DNA of 64,000 nucleotides. Source: Lytechinus pictus. Lineage: Eukaryota. Below are positions 40,944 to 53,900 of this stretch, piece after piece (position 1 is the first letter of the stretch; the number at the start of each line of letters is the position of its first letter). A model generated the notes under the pieces. That model searched no databases. It saw only the letters and a list, made by a program, of their open reading frames with translations, and had not been told where the DNA came from. The translations under genes were made by a program, and so were the position numbers. The stretch covers positions 19,656,001-19,720,000 of the forward strand of contig NC_087252.1 in assembly GCF_037042905.1 (NCBI RefSeq), in the 5' to 3' direction.

Positions 40944-41292
40944 GGTGGGTGTTTCATAAAGCTGTTCGTAAGTTAAGAGCAACTTTAAGAATGATTGGTG
41001 ATACTTTCTTGTGGTAAATGGTATATTCATTGGCGATGGTTTAGCGCGTAAGAATGGTTTATCAGTTGTTCTTAAAGTCGCTCTTAACTTACGAACATCT
41101 TTATGAAACGGCACCCAGGTGGGTGTTACATCAAGCTATTCGTAAAGTTCCGAACAACTTTACAATTGATTGGAACATGTTCTTAGGTGGAAAGCCGGTT
41201 ACATAGGGGATATATCATACAGCACAGGAAAGGGTCACCAGTTGTGCATAAGTCATTCGTAACTGACGAACAGCTTTATGAAAAACCCACCA
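40944..41292. mobile_element. Two adjacent short MITEs (GGTGGGTGTT(T/A)CAT..AGCT.TTCGTAA termini)
   Basis: Two head-to-tail ~160-170-bp palindromic units. Confidence 0.6.
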
Positions 41293-41915
41293 AAATGCTT
41301 GAGAGCATGGTATTTACATCTTAGTCAAATTTTGTGCAAATTTAAAAGATTTCTGTGGTCTCAATCAAGAGATCCCACTGGTATGCAGATTCTACTACAG
41401 AAACTTTGTTTGCAAACGGAGAAGTTCTAGAGAAACATTTGGCTGAAAAATAATCTAGGTTCAATCTGTGGTGTGTTGTTGCCTGATCTTGGTCCATTTT
41501 TTTAGTGCACAGAAGAACGACCAACTTTTGATGTGCAATACAAGTTCAGAAAAAAATCCTGCCCCCATTCTCTTGTGGCATGGATAAACAATGTTGTTAT
41601 ACATATAGTATGTAATCATTATGGCATCAGGGGCATGTTTCATGAAGACTTACGGTAACTCTGCCATTATTGTAACTACCATGGAAATCTTGATTGTGAT
41701 TGGCTGCTGAGCCCTGTTGCCATGGTAGTTGCCAAAGTGGAAAAGAGTTAACACAGTTTTGACTCTTTATGAAACAAGGCCCAGGCCTTGTCCCCATTTA
41801 CAATATTGTTGTTTGGTTGCACTCGAGAGGAAGGATGGATAGAGTGAAGAGAAGAAAGAGAACCTATGAGAGAAGGGGGCAAGGGATGATAGAATGGGGA
41901 ACAGGAGCAAATCTA

Positions 41916-42128
41916 GGGGGCGTTTCACAAAGATTTAAGTATGACTTGAGAGTCGCACTTAAATGCTGAGTTTCTTGAGTTCTGAAAGGCAAGACCACAT
42001 TGGTCAGATCATGCAAAGAGGATGTGCACTACTGCGTATTAATAAGATTGTGTGTTGCATATTATGTATGCATCTGCATGTTAGTGCGACTCTAAAAGTC
42101 ATACTTTAATCTTTGTGAAACACCTCCA
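41916..42128. mobile_element. Short MITE (GGGG.GTTTCACAAAGA TIR); relatives ~35929-36050 and ~54397-54583
   Basis: Inverted ends and multiple copies. Confidence 0.65.
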
Positions 42129-42666
42129 GAAGGGTTTAAGTGAGTGAACAAGGGAAAAATGGAAGGGAAATTACAAATGAAGAAGAGGAAAATGAAGCAA
42201 TTATGTATTAACTTTTTCAGTTGATAAAAAGTGTCTATGCCCTGGCACTTATTTAGAAAAATTACCCTCCTATCGTTTATCCCCCCCCCCAAAAAAAAAA
42301 AGTTTGGCCCCTTCCCTCACCTAAGTTCAGATCCTTCATACCTTATTAGTCTGCAGGCACAGTCCTGATTGAAACTTTAATCAACAAGTGGGTCTCCACG
42401 CAAAGACTAGCTCATACAAAACTTGCTTTTTCAATTCAATTGAGTGAGAGGGCCTTCAGTACACAAGGCATTTATAGGCTGCACATTCAGACCCTTATAA
42501 ACTCAAGTGAAGGGTTTGCACAGCAGACTACCTTAATGTCTGCCCCTCCCCTATCAACATCTCTTTTCTTCTGTGCCCATCCCCTCCTCGCTCCTACCCC
42601 ATCCCTAATCCCTTTCTTTTTCCTCTCCTTCCCCCTCCTAGTCTGCAGTGCAAACCCTTCACTTAA

Positions 42667-43249
42667 AGGAGAATGAAACTCTTGGAGCAAGTTAGCTTTT
42701 GTGAAAGCAGAAAAATCAAAGAATAAGATCAACAAAACTTTGAGTAAAATAGGACTAGCAATAAAAGAGTTATGAGCATTTGAATGTCGAGATCACTAAT
42801 GCTATGGAGATCCTCCCATTGGCAATGCGACCAAGATCTGTGATGTCACACACGTACAACTCTCCCATTCGGACACTGAAAATATACCCCAAAACATCTC
42901 TTTTTGCTCATTCTAATCATATGACAAACGATTCATCAATGATATAATGTTGTGAAACCTCTGTACTTGTCATCTCATAAAGAAAACACCTAACCTTGTG
43001 ATAGACTCTATAAAAGTGAGAATATAAGTGAAATAAGTACTAAAGTAATGAGGGAGTTGTACGTGTGTGATATCACAGATCTTGGTCGCATTGCCGATGG
43101 GAGGATCTACATGGCACTAGTGATCTCAATATTCAAATGCTCATAACTTTCTTATTATTCATTCAATCTTCCTCAAACTTTCAACAATATGTTTCTTTGA
43201 TTTTTCTCTTTGATATGGATTCAGCTAGTTTCAAGGGTTTCATTCTCCT
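42667..43249. mobile_element. Kolobok-like MITE family B (583 bp)
   Basis: Nearly identical to 39273-39855; TTAA TSD. Confidence 0.88.
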
Positions 43250-43568
43250 TTAAGGAAACTGATCTGAGTATGCAGCGTACATGTGAGGCCCCTGTTACAA
43301 CCGATAATGTCGCAGCGACGCATAATGTCGCATTGCCGATGGGAGGATCTACATGGCACTAGTGATCTCAATATTCAAATGCTCATAACTTTCTTATTAT
43401 TCATTCAATCTTCCTCAAACTTTCAACAATATGTTTCTTTGATTTTTCTCTTTGATATGGATTCAGCTAGTTTCAAGGGTTTCATTCTCCTTTAAGGAAA
43501 CTGATCTGAGTATGCAGCGTACATGTGAGGCCCCTGTTACAACCGATAATGTCGCAGCGACGCATAAT
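43085..43568. repeat. 242-bp exact tandem duplication
   Basis: 43085-43326 = 43327-43568; GTCGCA at each junction. Confidence 0.9.
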
Positions 43569-45261
43569 GTCGCAATTGCGACATTATGCGTTGATTTTGA
43601 CATTATGCGTTGGATGATTTTGGCATAATGTCACAGTCAACGCATAATGTCGTAGCTTAAATTACTAACGCATAACGTCGCAAGTCTTAACGCATAATGT
43701 CGCAGCGGTATTTTATTCAGGAATCGAGTTGCAGATAAGATATGTTTTCACTCGGCAATTCATTCAAGCTCTGTCATCTGAAAGTTTTTGAAATTGAGTT
43801 TGGTGGTACAGGCGCGAATGTAGGGGGGGGGGCAGTATTGAGTTTATCATGATGAAGAGTGATCAATTTAAAAAAAATATATATTTATCGTTGTTCATGA
43901 CATTTTAAGAAAGAAATTATATTTCGTATTGTATAAACAATAATTTTAAGCGATAGGTCCTATAAAAATCTCCCGTAGGGGAGAGCGGAGCACGTGATGA
44001 ATTAATAACATGTTGGTACGTAGCGGGAGCTAGGGGGCAGAATTAATGCCCCCCACCCGGAAAAAGGTGAAAATCTTCCTTTCATACTGCAGAGTTTCAC
44101 AAACTTCACTGAAATATGCACGAAATCACTTTAGATTCGTTTTTCACATGATTACATCCCCTCCTCACAGAAAAAAAATTGTGTATGTATTTCTATAAAA
44201 AAAATAACCGGGCATTCCAATGTTTCATACATGCATTGACAACTTGTTTTCGTTTCTCCTCTAAATAACGAGAGTCCCTGAGCAGTGGCGGCACCAGGTG
44301 GCAAAGAAAAAGGGATAGAGGGGGACTAAAATTTATTTTGCATGTTTCACAAAATGGAGTGTGAAGCGCGAATAGGGCGCTGAATCAAACTTTTGGGTCC
44401 TGTTGGAGTCCAGGCTCAGAGCATGCATGTACTTGTTTATTATACAGTATATAAAGCGGGATTTTGCCAAAAGGGGTGGGGTGCAGAATGTTTTCATTCA
44501 ACTTTCCATGATGGTCTGCTAAAAGCCAATTTTTGCTGTTGGTTTATTGGGGAAGCAGTCCCAACTAAAGGCTGAAGTTTCAAGTGCATTCAATTAGCTT
44601 TATTCTTAAAGATATGCTATCTCACATTGCCTAAATAGATGAGAGCGCGAAGCGCGAGCTCAACTTTTTGGATATTTGATGCATTTAGACCAAAGCAATG
44701 AACATTCTGAGCAGTTGGCAGTATAAGATATGCGAGCGCTAAATATATTGATGACACATTCCTAGTAACAATACGAAATATGGTTTCTTTATTAAAATAT
44801 GAAAACAATGAAATGTAATGAAATTTGTATTCAATTTTCAGCTAGATGACTTTACTCTCTTGCAAAATGAATTGAATTGCATGTGAAGCGATATACACAG
44901 ATGAATGGTGATATGCATATACTTGCGTTTCACTAGTCCACACATTACAATTATTGTTCAAAGTCCCCCCCCCCCCCTCCTGACAATGAATTTGATACTG
45001 ACCCCCTCCCCTGCATCCGCACCTGCCCCACTAAACACGCTCTTAAAACCTTTCAGATGACAGAGCTTGCACAAATTAATCAGTGAAAACATATCTTATG
45101 TGTTATATTTAACTCGAGTCCTATACCTCTGCGGCATTATGCGTTAAGACTTGCGACGTTATGCGTTAGTAGAAAAGCTACGACATTATGCGTTGGACGC
45201 TCTTGGCATAATGTCGCAATCTGCGACATTATGCATTGGTGCGACATTATCGGTTGTAACA
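43535..45261. mobile_element. Ginger-like non-autonomous transposon (TGT...ACA, 5-bp TSD GCCCC)
   Basis: TGTTACAACCGATAATGTCGCA...TGCGACATTATCGGTTGTAACA; CGCATAATGTCG subterminal repeats. Confidence 0.8.
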
Positions 45262-45836
45262 GCCCCTACCAATGACTTGAGTTCAGAACAGCCAGTTGTA
45301 AGTGCTAGTCATGTGTGAAGACCCACTTATTGATCAAAGTAGGATTTTTGTTTGTTTGTTCAGGAGCTACTTCTTACAACCTACAGATTATTATCTGAAA
45401 CATACACTGCAGTGAATGGGGATTTTCCAGGGTTCTTTTGAGTTTTTCGGGGGGGGGGGGGGCAAAATTGCCCCAAGCCCCGGTGTACGTTTTTCCCCTG
45501 GATCAAAGTTCCAATAAGGGTTTGTGCCTGCAGGCCATCCAGCCTTCATCCCTACCAGTTGACTACACACTAAAACCTGGTCCTATTGTCTTGCACCAAA
45601 ATACATGCCAACAAGAGTCTAAAATAGAAATATATGATAGGCATATTTCTCTTTTTTAACATTTCTTTATTCAAACCCTGAAATCATTGAACAACAAGAA
45701 TTCAATCAAAATACGATTGTCCATTAACAGACAATATACAGTTCCACTATGTACAATCATTCCAACAAATGCTTGAACTTCCAACAATTATCAGTAAGTA
45801 TTGATATCGTACTGATTGGAAACCGTGCTAATCATA

Positions 45837-46285
45837 GAGGCCGTTCTCATTACGCTTTCTAAAACTAGTTTACTGGAAACCGATTCAGGAAACCACTTTG
45901 GAAGATCGCTTTGCTAGCGTTCTCACTTGATCACACGAAAGTGGTTTTCAAAATCACTTCACGTAAAGCGCTCTTGTTGCTATGGAAATGCTCTCAGTGG
46001 GGTGACACGTATCGCGCGAAATTCGAAACTGCAGCATAGGCATTCTACACCTGTCGTGTGGAGTAGCACACTCAAAATGTGCGAAGATCGCTTCCCGAAG
46101 AACGGTTGTGTCCTCACTTACGCTAAAACCAGTTTAACGAGGCAAAGCGATCTTGAAAACTACATCTCGAGGTGGTTTTCCAAACTGGTTTGGAAGATCG
46201 CTTCCAAGATCGCTTCGACCGTTCTCACTACGCGTTAAACTAGTTTCCAGTAAACTAGTTTTAGGAACGTAGTGAGAACAGCCTC
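45837..46285. mobile_element. PIF/Harbinger-like MITE, TSD ATA
   Basis: GAGGCCGTTCTCATTACG..CTAAAACTAGTTTACTGGAAAC and its reverse complement; ATA/ATA flanks. Confidence 0.85.
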
Positions 46286-48419
46286 ATATTGTCACTAGAA
46301 CCGCCTAACAAGACTTTACTGAATATGTGGAGTTTGGCTTACTGTAAATTAAAGTTATTTAAATATTTTGAACGGAAGACGTCATTACATTACATTGTAG
46401 TATGCATAGTTGGCTTAAAAGCATTCAATCAACGTCTTGGCAAATTATTTAAGTTGCCGAAATTTTGAGTGTTCGAGCTTCATTTGTTCCAATCTATCCA
46501 AAACTCTGTACATACCCTGTTTGTAGATGGCCTACTTACATATCAAGTACACCTCCAAAAAGAAGTTTATTTGAATAAATAGTGATATATCAAACATTCA
46601 TTTCATTAAAATATTTCATTATCATAATGTGAAAAAGATTTATTTCTCCCTGAAAAATGTGGAATGAGCATTGTTACATCATACCGTGACTTATTGACGA
46701 GCTTCATTTAATATTGCCGTATCTCAAAAATAACGAAATATTCTATAATTCATACGGTATTACAAAAGAAATAGTGTGTGCATGGACTAGTAGGTCCATG
46801 GTGTGTGCTCATTTGCATATCACCATTTTTCATTTGAATATTTTGTGAAAATAAGTGAAACTTATAGCTCCCTTATTTTATCTAATTTGATAAAACTTTT
46901 CAGCATCATATTGGTTTATTTTTTTTCTATTGATTCAAATCAACTTTTTGCTGGGGTGGACCTGACCTTTACATTGGCAAAGCCAACATAGAGCCATTAG
47001 AAACTAGCCAAATTGCAGCGAAAATTCCCTTTTCAACTTCTAAACAAATTTTACAATAACAAGCATAATAAAAAATATGTACTGGAATGGAAATACATAA
47101 TATCTGATCAATAATTCACAATAGCAATTATATTAATATAAAATATCCTTCACTTGTATAGCACTTATTACATTAACATCTACATCTAAATGTGCAAGAA
47201 TACCGCTCAATTCAATTGGAATGATGAAAAAAGCAACAAAGTCAGCTGAATTACATTTATATCTACATGTAGGCCTGGAAAGAGGTGAGGTGGAAAGGAA
47301 TGAAAACAAAATGCAGAATGGAGAAAAAAATAAAATGGAGTAGAAAAGAAATGAGGTGGACTGGTCTGAAAGAGTAGGTACTGTAGCATGACAAAAAATT
47401 TTTAGCAAGGTACACTGTAAAAAATAAGAATACATTTCTGGAATGTCATTAAGGGGAAGTTTACCCTGACCGAAACTTTGTTACAATAGCAGGGGGAAAA
47501 AATCAAAAATATTGGTGAAGGTTAGAGGAAAATCCATTAAAGTTTAAGAAAGTTATTACATTTTTAAGTTTTTGGTTTGTGACTTAAAAAACGAGCCCCA
47601 TATGTTCCATGATACAAAATGCATTAAATTTCATTTTTGAATGATTTGTGATGACTTATTTTTATTATTTTCTCTTTAGGAGTGGGTGTGATATCATTTG
47701 CGTATTGATATACTGGTACTGAAGGTAAAATAAAAACCATTTGCAATTTTCTGAGAAAATAAACATTTCATTAATTTTTTAACATACGATATGTAGGAAA
47801 ACTGCTTGCATATTGTTACAAATCAAATAATTAAAATTCTAATAACTTTTTTTTTCCTAAGGATTTTCCTAAAAACTTTGCCAATATTTTTTATTATTTT
47901 TTCTGCTATTTTTACAATAAACTTTTAGTCAGGGTGAAATTCCCCTTTAATCAATACCTTCTCTTGATCAGGAATGAAGTCAGATTCATTACGATTTCAT
48001 TCATTACGATGACGGCCTTACTTTATTTCCCCCTTCCCCGCCTTCATGGAGTTGCAGCTCATAATGAATTTTCAGACTCGACGATACATCATGTTATCAG
48101 CGTTATTTTGCTGGTGATAATCGACTAACATTGAAATCAAATATCAACAAGCACAACATACCATTGCAACTCTTAATACTACAAGATGACACAATATAAA
48201 AAAATATTACAAATTATAGTACATTCAAATGAGTCATTATTACTGCTTGTACAGAAGAGGGAATGCATTGACTATACTAAGCTATGCACAGCCAATATAG
48301 AAAAAGATGTGTCAAGTTCCTGAACATAATCATACAAAAAAAGGTTTAAACAAATCCCGTACCTTGTAATTCTGTCGCTAGTACTGCGTAAGGAGCAATT
48401 TGCTGAAAAATAAGCTTAT

Positions 48420-49505
48420 TACAAATTAAGGCACAATATTAATTGTATAACAGTTACAATAGCTGAGACATAAATGAGTTTATCAGAAATTAAGGCACAA
48501 TAAACTAAAAGTAACATTGGCCAAGAAAGAATAAGTTCATTAAAAATTAAGGCACAATATTAAAATGTATAACAGATATAATAGCAAAGTTATGAATACA
48601 GGTAAGTTTATCAGAAATGAAGTTATGTTAAAGGAGAATGAAATCCTTGAAACCAGCTGAATCCATATCAAAGAGAAAAATCAAAGAAACATATTGCTGA
48701 AATTTTGAGGAAGATTGAATGAATAATAAGAAAGTTATGAGCATTTGAATATTGAGATCACTAATGCCATGTAGATCCTCCCATTGGCAATGCGACCAAG
48801 ATCTGTGATGTCACACACGTACAACTCCCTCATTGCTTTAGTACTTATTTCACTTATATTCTCACTTTTATAGAATCTATCACAAGGTGAGGTGTTCTCT
48901 TTATGAGAGGACAAATACAGAGGTTTCACAACATTATATCATTGATTAATCGTTTGTCATATGATTAGAATGAGCAAAAAGAGATGTTTTGGGGTATATT
49001 TTCAGTGTCCAAAAGGGGAGAGTTGTTCATCTGTGATATCATAGATCTTGGTTGCGTTGCCAATGGGAGGATCTCCATAGCATTAGTGATCTCGACATTC
49101 AAATGCTCATAACTCTTCTATTGCTAGTCCTATTTTACTCAAACTTTTGTTGATCTTATCCTTTGATTTTTCTGCTTTCACAAAAGCTAACTTGCTCCAA
49201 GAGTTTCATTCTCCTTTAAAGTAGAACTGCAACATTGGCCGAGACAGAGTTTTTTAATTCAAATTAACGTACAAGAGAAAGGATATGTTTATTAGAAATC
49301 AAGGCACAATAAATGGTAGCATTGGCCCACAAAGAATAAATTTATCAGATATCAAGGCACAACTCTATCAGATATTAAGGCACAATAAAGTTCGGTAACA
49401 AATCATACTTCAGTGTATGAATTAGAAATCAAAGCACAGTTCAGTACACATAATAGTGTCATTGGCCAAGGAAGAATAAGTTTATCAGAAATTAAGGCAC
49501 AATAG
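48420..49505. repeat. Degenerate ~60-bp minisatellite (AATTAAGGCACAAT core) split by a MITE
   Basis: Core recurs at ~48424, 48488, 48545, 49298, 49352, 49375, 49489. Confidence 0.7.
48632..49215. mobile_element. Kolobok-like MITE family B, inverted copy
   Basis: Reverse complement of 39273-39855; TTAA TSD. Confidence 0.88.
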
Positions 49506-50049
49506 TAGAACTAAATCGATCAACAAGCATAAATTCATTACAAATCAAGACTTGACAGGTGTCAAGAACTATTTCATACAAAGAAAATTTGTATTAAGAG
49601 TACTTTTCATGTAGACAGAAGCACAGTAAACATTAGAAGTTGCAATGCAATGTTTTTTCAATGTTATTCAGCTGCCCGAAGTGTGCAAATTTAATGCACT
49701 GTGAATTACTACTATTTCTTGCTACTTCTACAAAGGTATTGGAAATACAGATTCTCATCTCCAACAACATGATGATCTTAGCCAAGAAAGTTCTCAATAG
49801 CATTCAACTGTAGTATAAACCAGTGTTCATAATGTTGTACATGTACAACATTATGAAAATATGACTACATCACAATTAAATGTATTTCCAGTACATGTTA
49901 TTGACAATAGAACATGTCCTTTACAAACTTTTCAAATTGTCAAAACTCTTAGAACCAAACACTATCCTTTGGTATATGTGTTCACATAATCATAGGAATT
50001 AAAGAAGTGGATTAAAAGTGTTTAAAGTATTTTAATAGGTCTCTGTCTT

Positions 50050-50298
50050 TGACTGGCTGCTTGCACATTCGAGTTGAGCGACCCAAAGCACCTATCCTCT
50101 TCATCTGCATAAGTTTGCCCTTCTATGAGCTGTCGGTTGATCTAAACATCGAAGTTCTGCTCGATGTTCTTCTTGATTGCCTGGAGCAAAGAGCCGTTGC
50201 GCTCCTTCAATTCGGTGATTGCTGTCAGAACCATTTCAGCACCAGGCGGATGGGTCGCTGGCCGGTTTAATAGGAGCCTTCTTGGCGTTGTCAGCCAT
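50050..50298 (-). pseudogene. Histone H1 (late H1-like) pseudogene / orphon
   Basis: [56 protein letters not shown]/(deletion)/KGKLMQMKRIGALG/NVQAA matches the H1 globular domain. It carries frameshifts, a TAG at 50144-50142, and has no Lys-rich tail. Confidence 0.88.
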
Positions 50299-50872
50299 CT
50301 TATGCCTTAAGTTTACAGTTGCGATGTGAACAAACCAAGTCACAGACAGGTCTCTGCACTGATGATATCACCATCCTTCTAACAAGGTCAATAATTATTA
50401 AGCTCACTGGCAGGGATGTAGTGGAGGCTGGTTGGCCTCGACGCCACAATTCACCGGCCTCGGCCCGAGTCACGTGTAAAAAGTCTACGGAAGGTTTTCT
50501 CCAGCAGCCTCACGATTCCGTTACATCTCTACTCACTACTGAGGCTTCTCACCATCCTTTTCCCAAGTTTGCTCTTAATGAACCTTTTAAGATGATGTTC
50601 AACTATTAAGAAGCAAGTCATGTCCTAAACCCAATCCCAGAAAAACACAAAACCTACACAACCTTCACTACAATTCTGATGGCTTTTCTGTCATGAATGT
50701 TCAACCCTCTAGACAAACCAACAACTCTGGAATTACGATCATCACAAAACTTCAAAGATGACATGTTGTACAACTGAGAAATAGTGACCAACATGTCCTA
50801 AACCCATTCCTACAAGAACTTGATGTTGTGTCTCTTAAAACAACAAACAAGAATGCAGTGTTCAGACCATCA

Positions 50873-50960
50873 TTACGATTCTGATGACGTTTCCATCATG
50901 ATGTTCAACCTCTGTAGACAAGCCGACATCTCTGGAGCAGCGCTGACCATGGCTTCAATC
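50873..50960 (-). CDS. Cut8-like gene terminal exon
   Basis: ttttacag acceptor; IEAMVSAAPEMSACLQRLNIMMETSSES*. Confidence 0.8.
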
Positions 50961-53900
50961 CTGTAAAACGATAAAAAGAAAAGAAATAAGAACATGTGTG
51001 AATTTACCCATTGATCCACAATAGAGAACAGCATACAGATATCAGGAACATTCATACAAGAATAATATTAGTTCATCAACCATGCCATATGGGCAGAGGA
51101 CTTTATAATGATAACACTAATGCCAATTTAAATATTTACCTCTCAGAAAGCAATTACTAAGGAAGGAGGGAGATCTTTCTCTTTAACACACATTCCAATC
51201 ACATAAATCAATGTATGAAACAGGGAGATGTTGAAAATATGCATTTTATCGCTCAAAAATTGGTCCGTTTTCAGGGAGTCTCACCAACAATCAGGGAGAC
51301 TTGGTAGCCATGCAATTATCTGCAGACAATATTTGGTGTAGACTTTGCACCTATTGATAAATTCAAATCAGATGTATAGCAACATACATATTTTTTGTGA
51401 TTTGTATGGGCCGCACAGAAACGTTGTTAGTGCTAACAATGCGCAAACAGAAGCCATGTTACAATCAGTAATATGGCAGCGATGCCTAATGTGACAACCA
51501 ATTTTTCTTACTTACACATTAAAATAAATGTTTTGACTTCACAATCCGAAAGATGTGACTGGGCTTTCTGTTAGGCTAACAATGTTTCGGTGTGGCCGGC
51601 ACTGATTTACAGGAAAATCATCATTCAATACACTTCCACCAAACCAGAGTGAAAAAACAAAAACAAAGCAATACCAATACAATACAGCTTTTGTGTGATT
51701 TATTCAATTCAAATTTTATTTCTCCAAATGATATGATCTGGGTCCCGTAACATAAAGGTTAGTGATTAATCACAAATTTGAAAGACCAATTCTGATTGGT
51801 TCCTATTCAGTCTACCGAGCAAAATGTGCATGCAACGATGATCTTGATAGGCCATTTCATTTAGCGATTGGCTAACCTTTGTGTTACGGCGCCCAGAGCA
51901 CTGAAAAGTATTAGAAATTGAGATTACTCTAAACAAGAAAGCCAAACTGATCCAAATACCCAATCTCTTGTAAAGACTGAGAAATTACAAGAGAGGCAAT
52001 TCCTTAAAATAATCAACCTTTTTGTACGTCCGACCCCCATTTTCTCAAGTTACTTCACTTGATAAACTGACCAAGTCATGGTCCTTTGAGAACATTACAG
52101 ACTGTCAAAAGAACAAGTAGTCAGAGACAGAAAATTTCATAAAGGCCCCACATATAGGGGGTTGGACGTACATATTTTATGGAATTGCCCAGTAGGGTTA
52201 TGGCGGGTGAAGTGAAATGAACATCTATTACAAGTAACATTATTTTCTACACAAGCATAGCTCTTACTTTGGTCTGAATTCTTGCAATGTTTGTAAACTG
52301 AATGCTCCTTTCCTTAGAGACTCTACACACACAGCAGCAAGACCCAGATAACAGCTTGTCTTTAGACGATTGTGAGCAGGACACTCCCACCTATATAGGA
52401 AGAATAAAAGAATAGAAGATGATAATCAAAATAATATTTGGTTCTTGTATAGCACTTATCATTTACCAATTAACATCTCCAGGTGCTTTTGAAAGGACTT
52501 TGATATTATAACAGTGGCTCTGGCATTTGGAGCTAGTTTGAAAGGACTCATTGTTACACGATACTACATGTTTGTACAAAATGTTATGAAATAAAATCTT
52601 TCTAAAAAAAAACAGAGTGCAAGGTCTTGTTATCCCAAAATTGTATTTGCACTTCATGTACCAAAACCTACAATAGAAAAAAAAAAAACTTATGAAGGCT
52701 GGAAGATTTGATCCATGGAAAAACGTATTTTTTTGTTTAAATACATTGAAGTGCGATGTAATATTGAGTAGTGTTGGGTGGTTGGGAAAGGACTTGATCA
52801 TACAGAAAAAATGCATGCTGAATGGAAATAAAAATTTTGGTACAGCATCATGGCGTCTTGGGACTAGAGAAATCTGCTTGACTTTAATAGGCAATATTAA
52901 TGCATCCTTTACATACATATTCTAGTCAGAAATAATGCTCAAACTAAGCCAGGCAATTATTTGACTTATGGAAGGTGCAATTTTGCAGTCTACTGTATTG
53001 TGGAGGTGCGATAGCTCAGTCGGTAGAGCGGGGTTTCGGATTCCGGTGACCCGGGTTGGATTTCCACTTGATGCGCTAGTGTCCTTTGGTAAGGCATTCA
53101 TCCTCTTAACCAGGTCCCTTGGAGAGGACCTGAAGTCACTGAACCTCTGGTTGCTCGATTTATTACAAGCATTCATGCTTTCTTAGCAATCAGGTAAAAA
53201 AATGCACCATTTACCATATGCTATAATTATTAACACCAAATTCCAAGAAATGCATATTTTACACAGTCATAGTCTTTTCCACTGGAGGCCAAGGCACTCC
53301 TACATGTAATACTTGCTATTAAAGATTACACAGAGAATTAATTATTCTCCTTTTCAGCCAATTAGGCCCATTGTCCAATGCAGCTATTCAAAAGTTTAAA
53401 AGGCAAGTCTGAAACTCTGGATCAATATCACAATAAAAGTTTCATCCTATAGAAAATGAATCCCCAAGCAAACTATTATGCAAATGTTTTGAAGATTATT
53501 TGTAAGATTAGGATTAACCACCCCTACAGTAAAGCCTCATTAATGCATTAAAACCCCCTACCCAACCATCAAACATTGACCTTTATATTCATAGTAACAA
53601 GTTGACCTTTTCATGAATGTACACAGGATTACATGTATTATGGATGCTCCGTTGTTCATTGACAGTATATGATGGGGGCCCATGTCTTCACACCTAAGAA
53701 CTGAACTTCAGATTAAACATGAATTTTTGTAAAATTCAGCAAAATTTCAGTACATATTGTTCTTTACATTGTTAGAATTGTGTTTGAGAATAAGTAAATG
53801 AGCTGTAGTCACTAATTCTTGTGTCAAAGATGACTATTTTCATGAAAATCCACTCTTAAAAAAAACACCCAATTATATGTAGAGTGGATTCCCCCGTAAC

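Noticed and set aside
48363..48403. Possible extra minus-strand micro-exon (ttttcag...AAG/gtacgg)
   Set aside because: Lies downstream of the Cut8-like stop codon with no partner exon or coding support.
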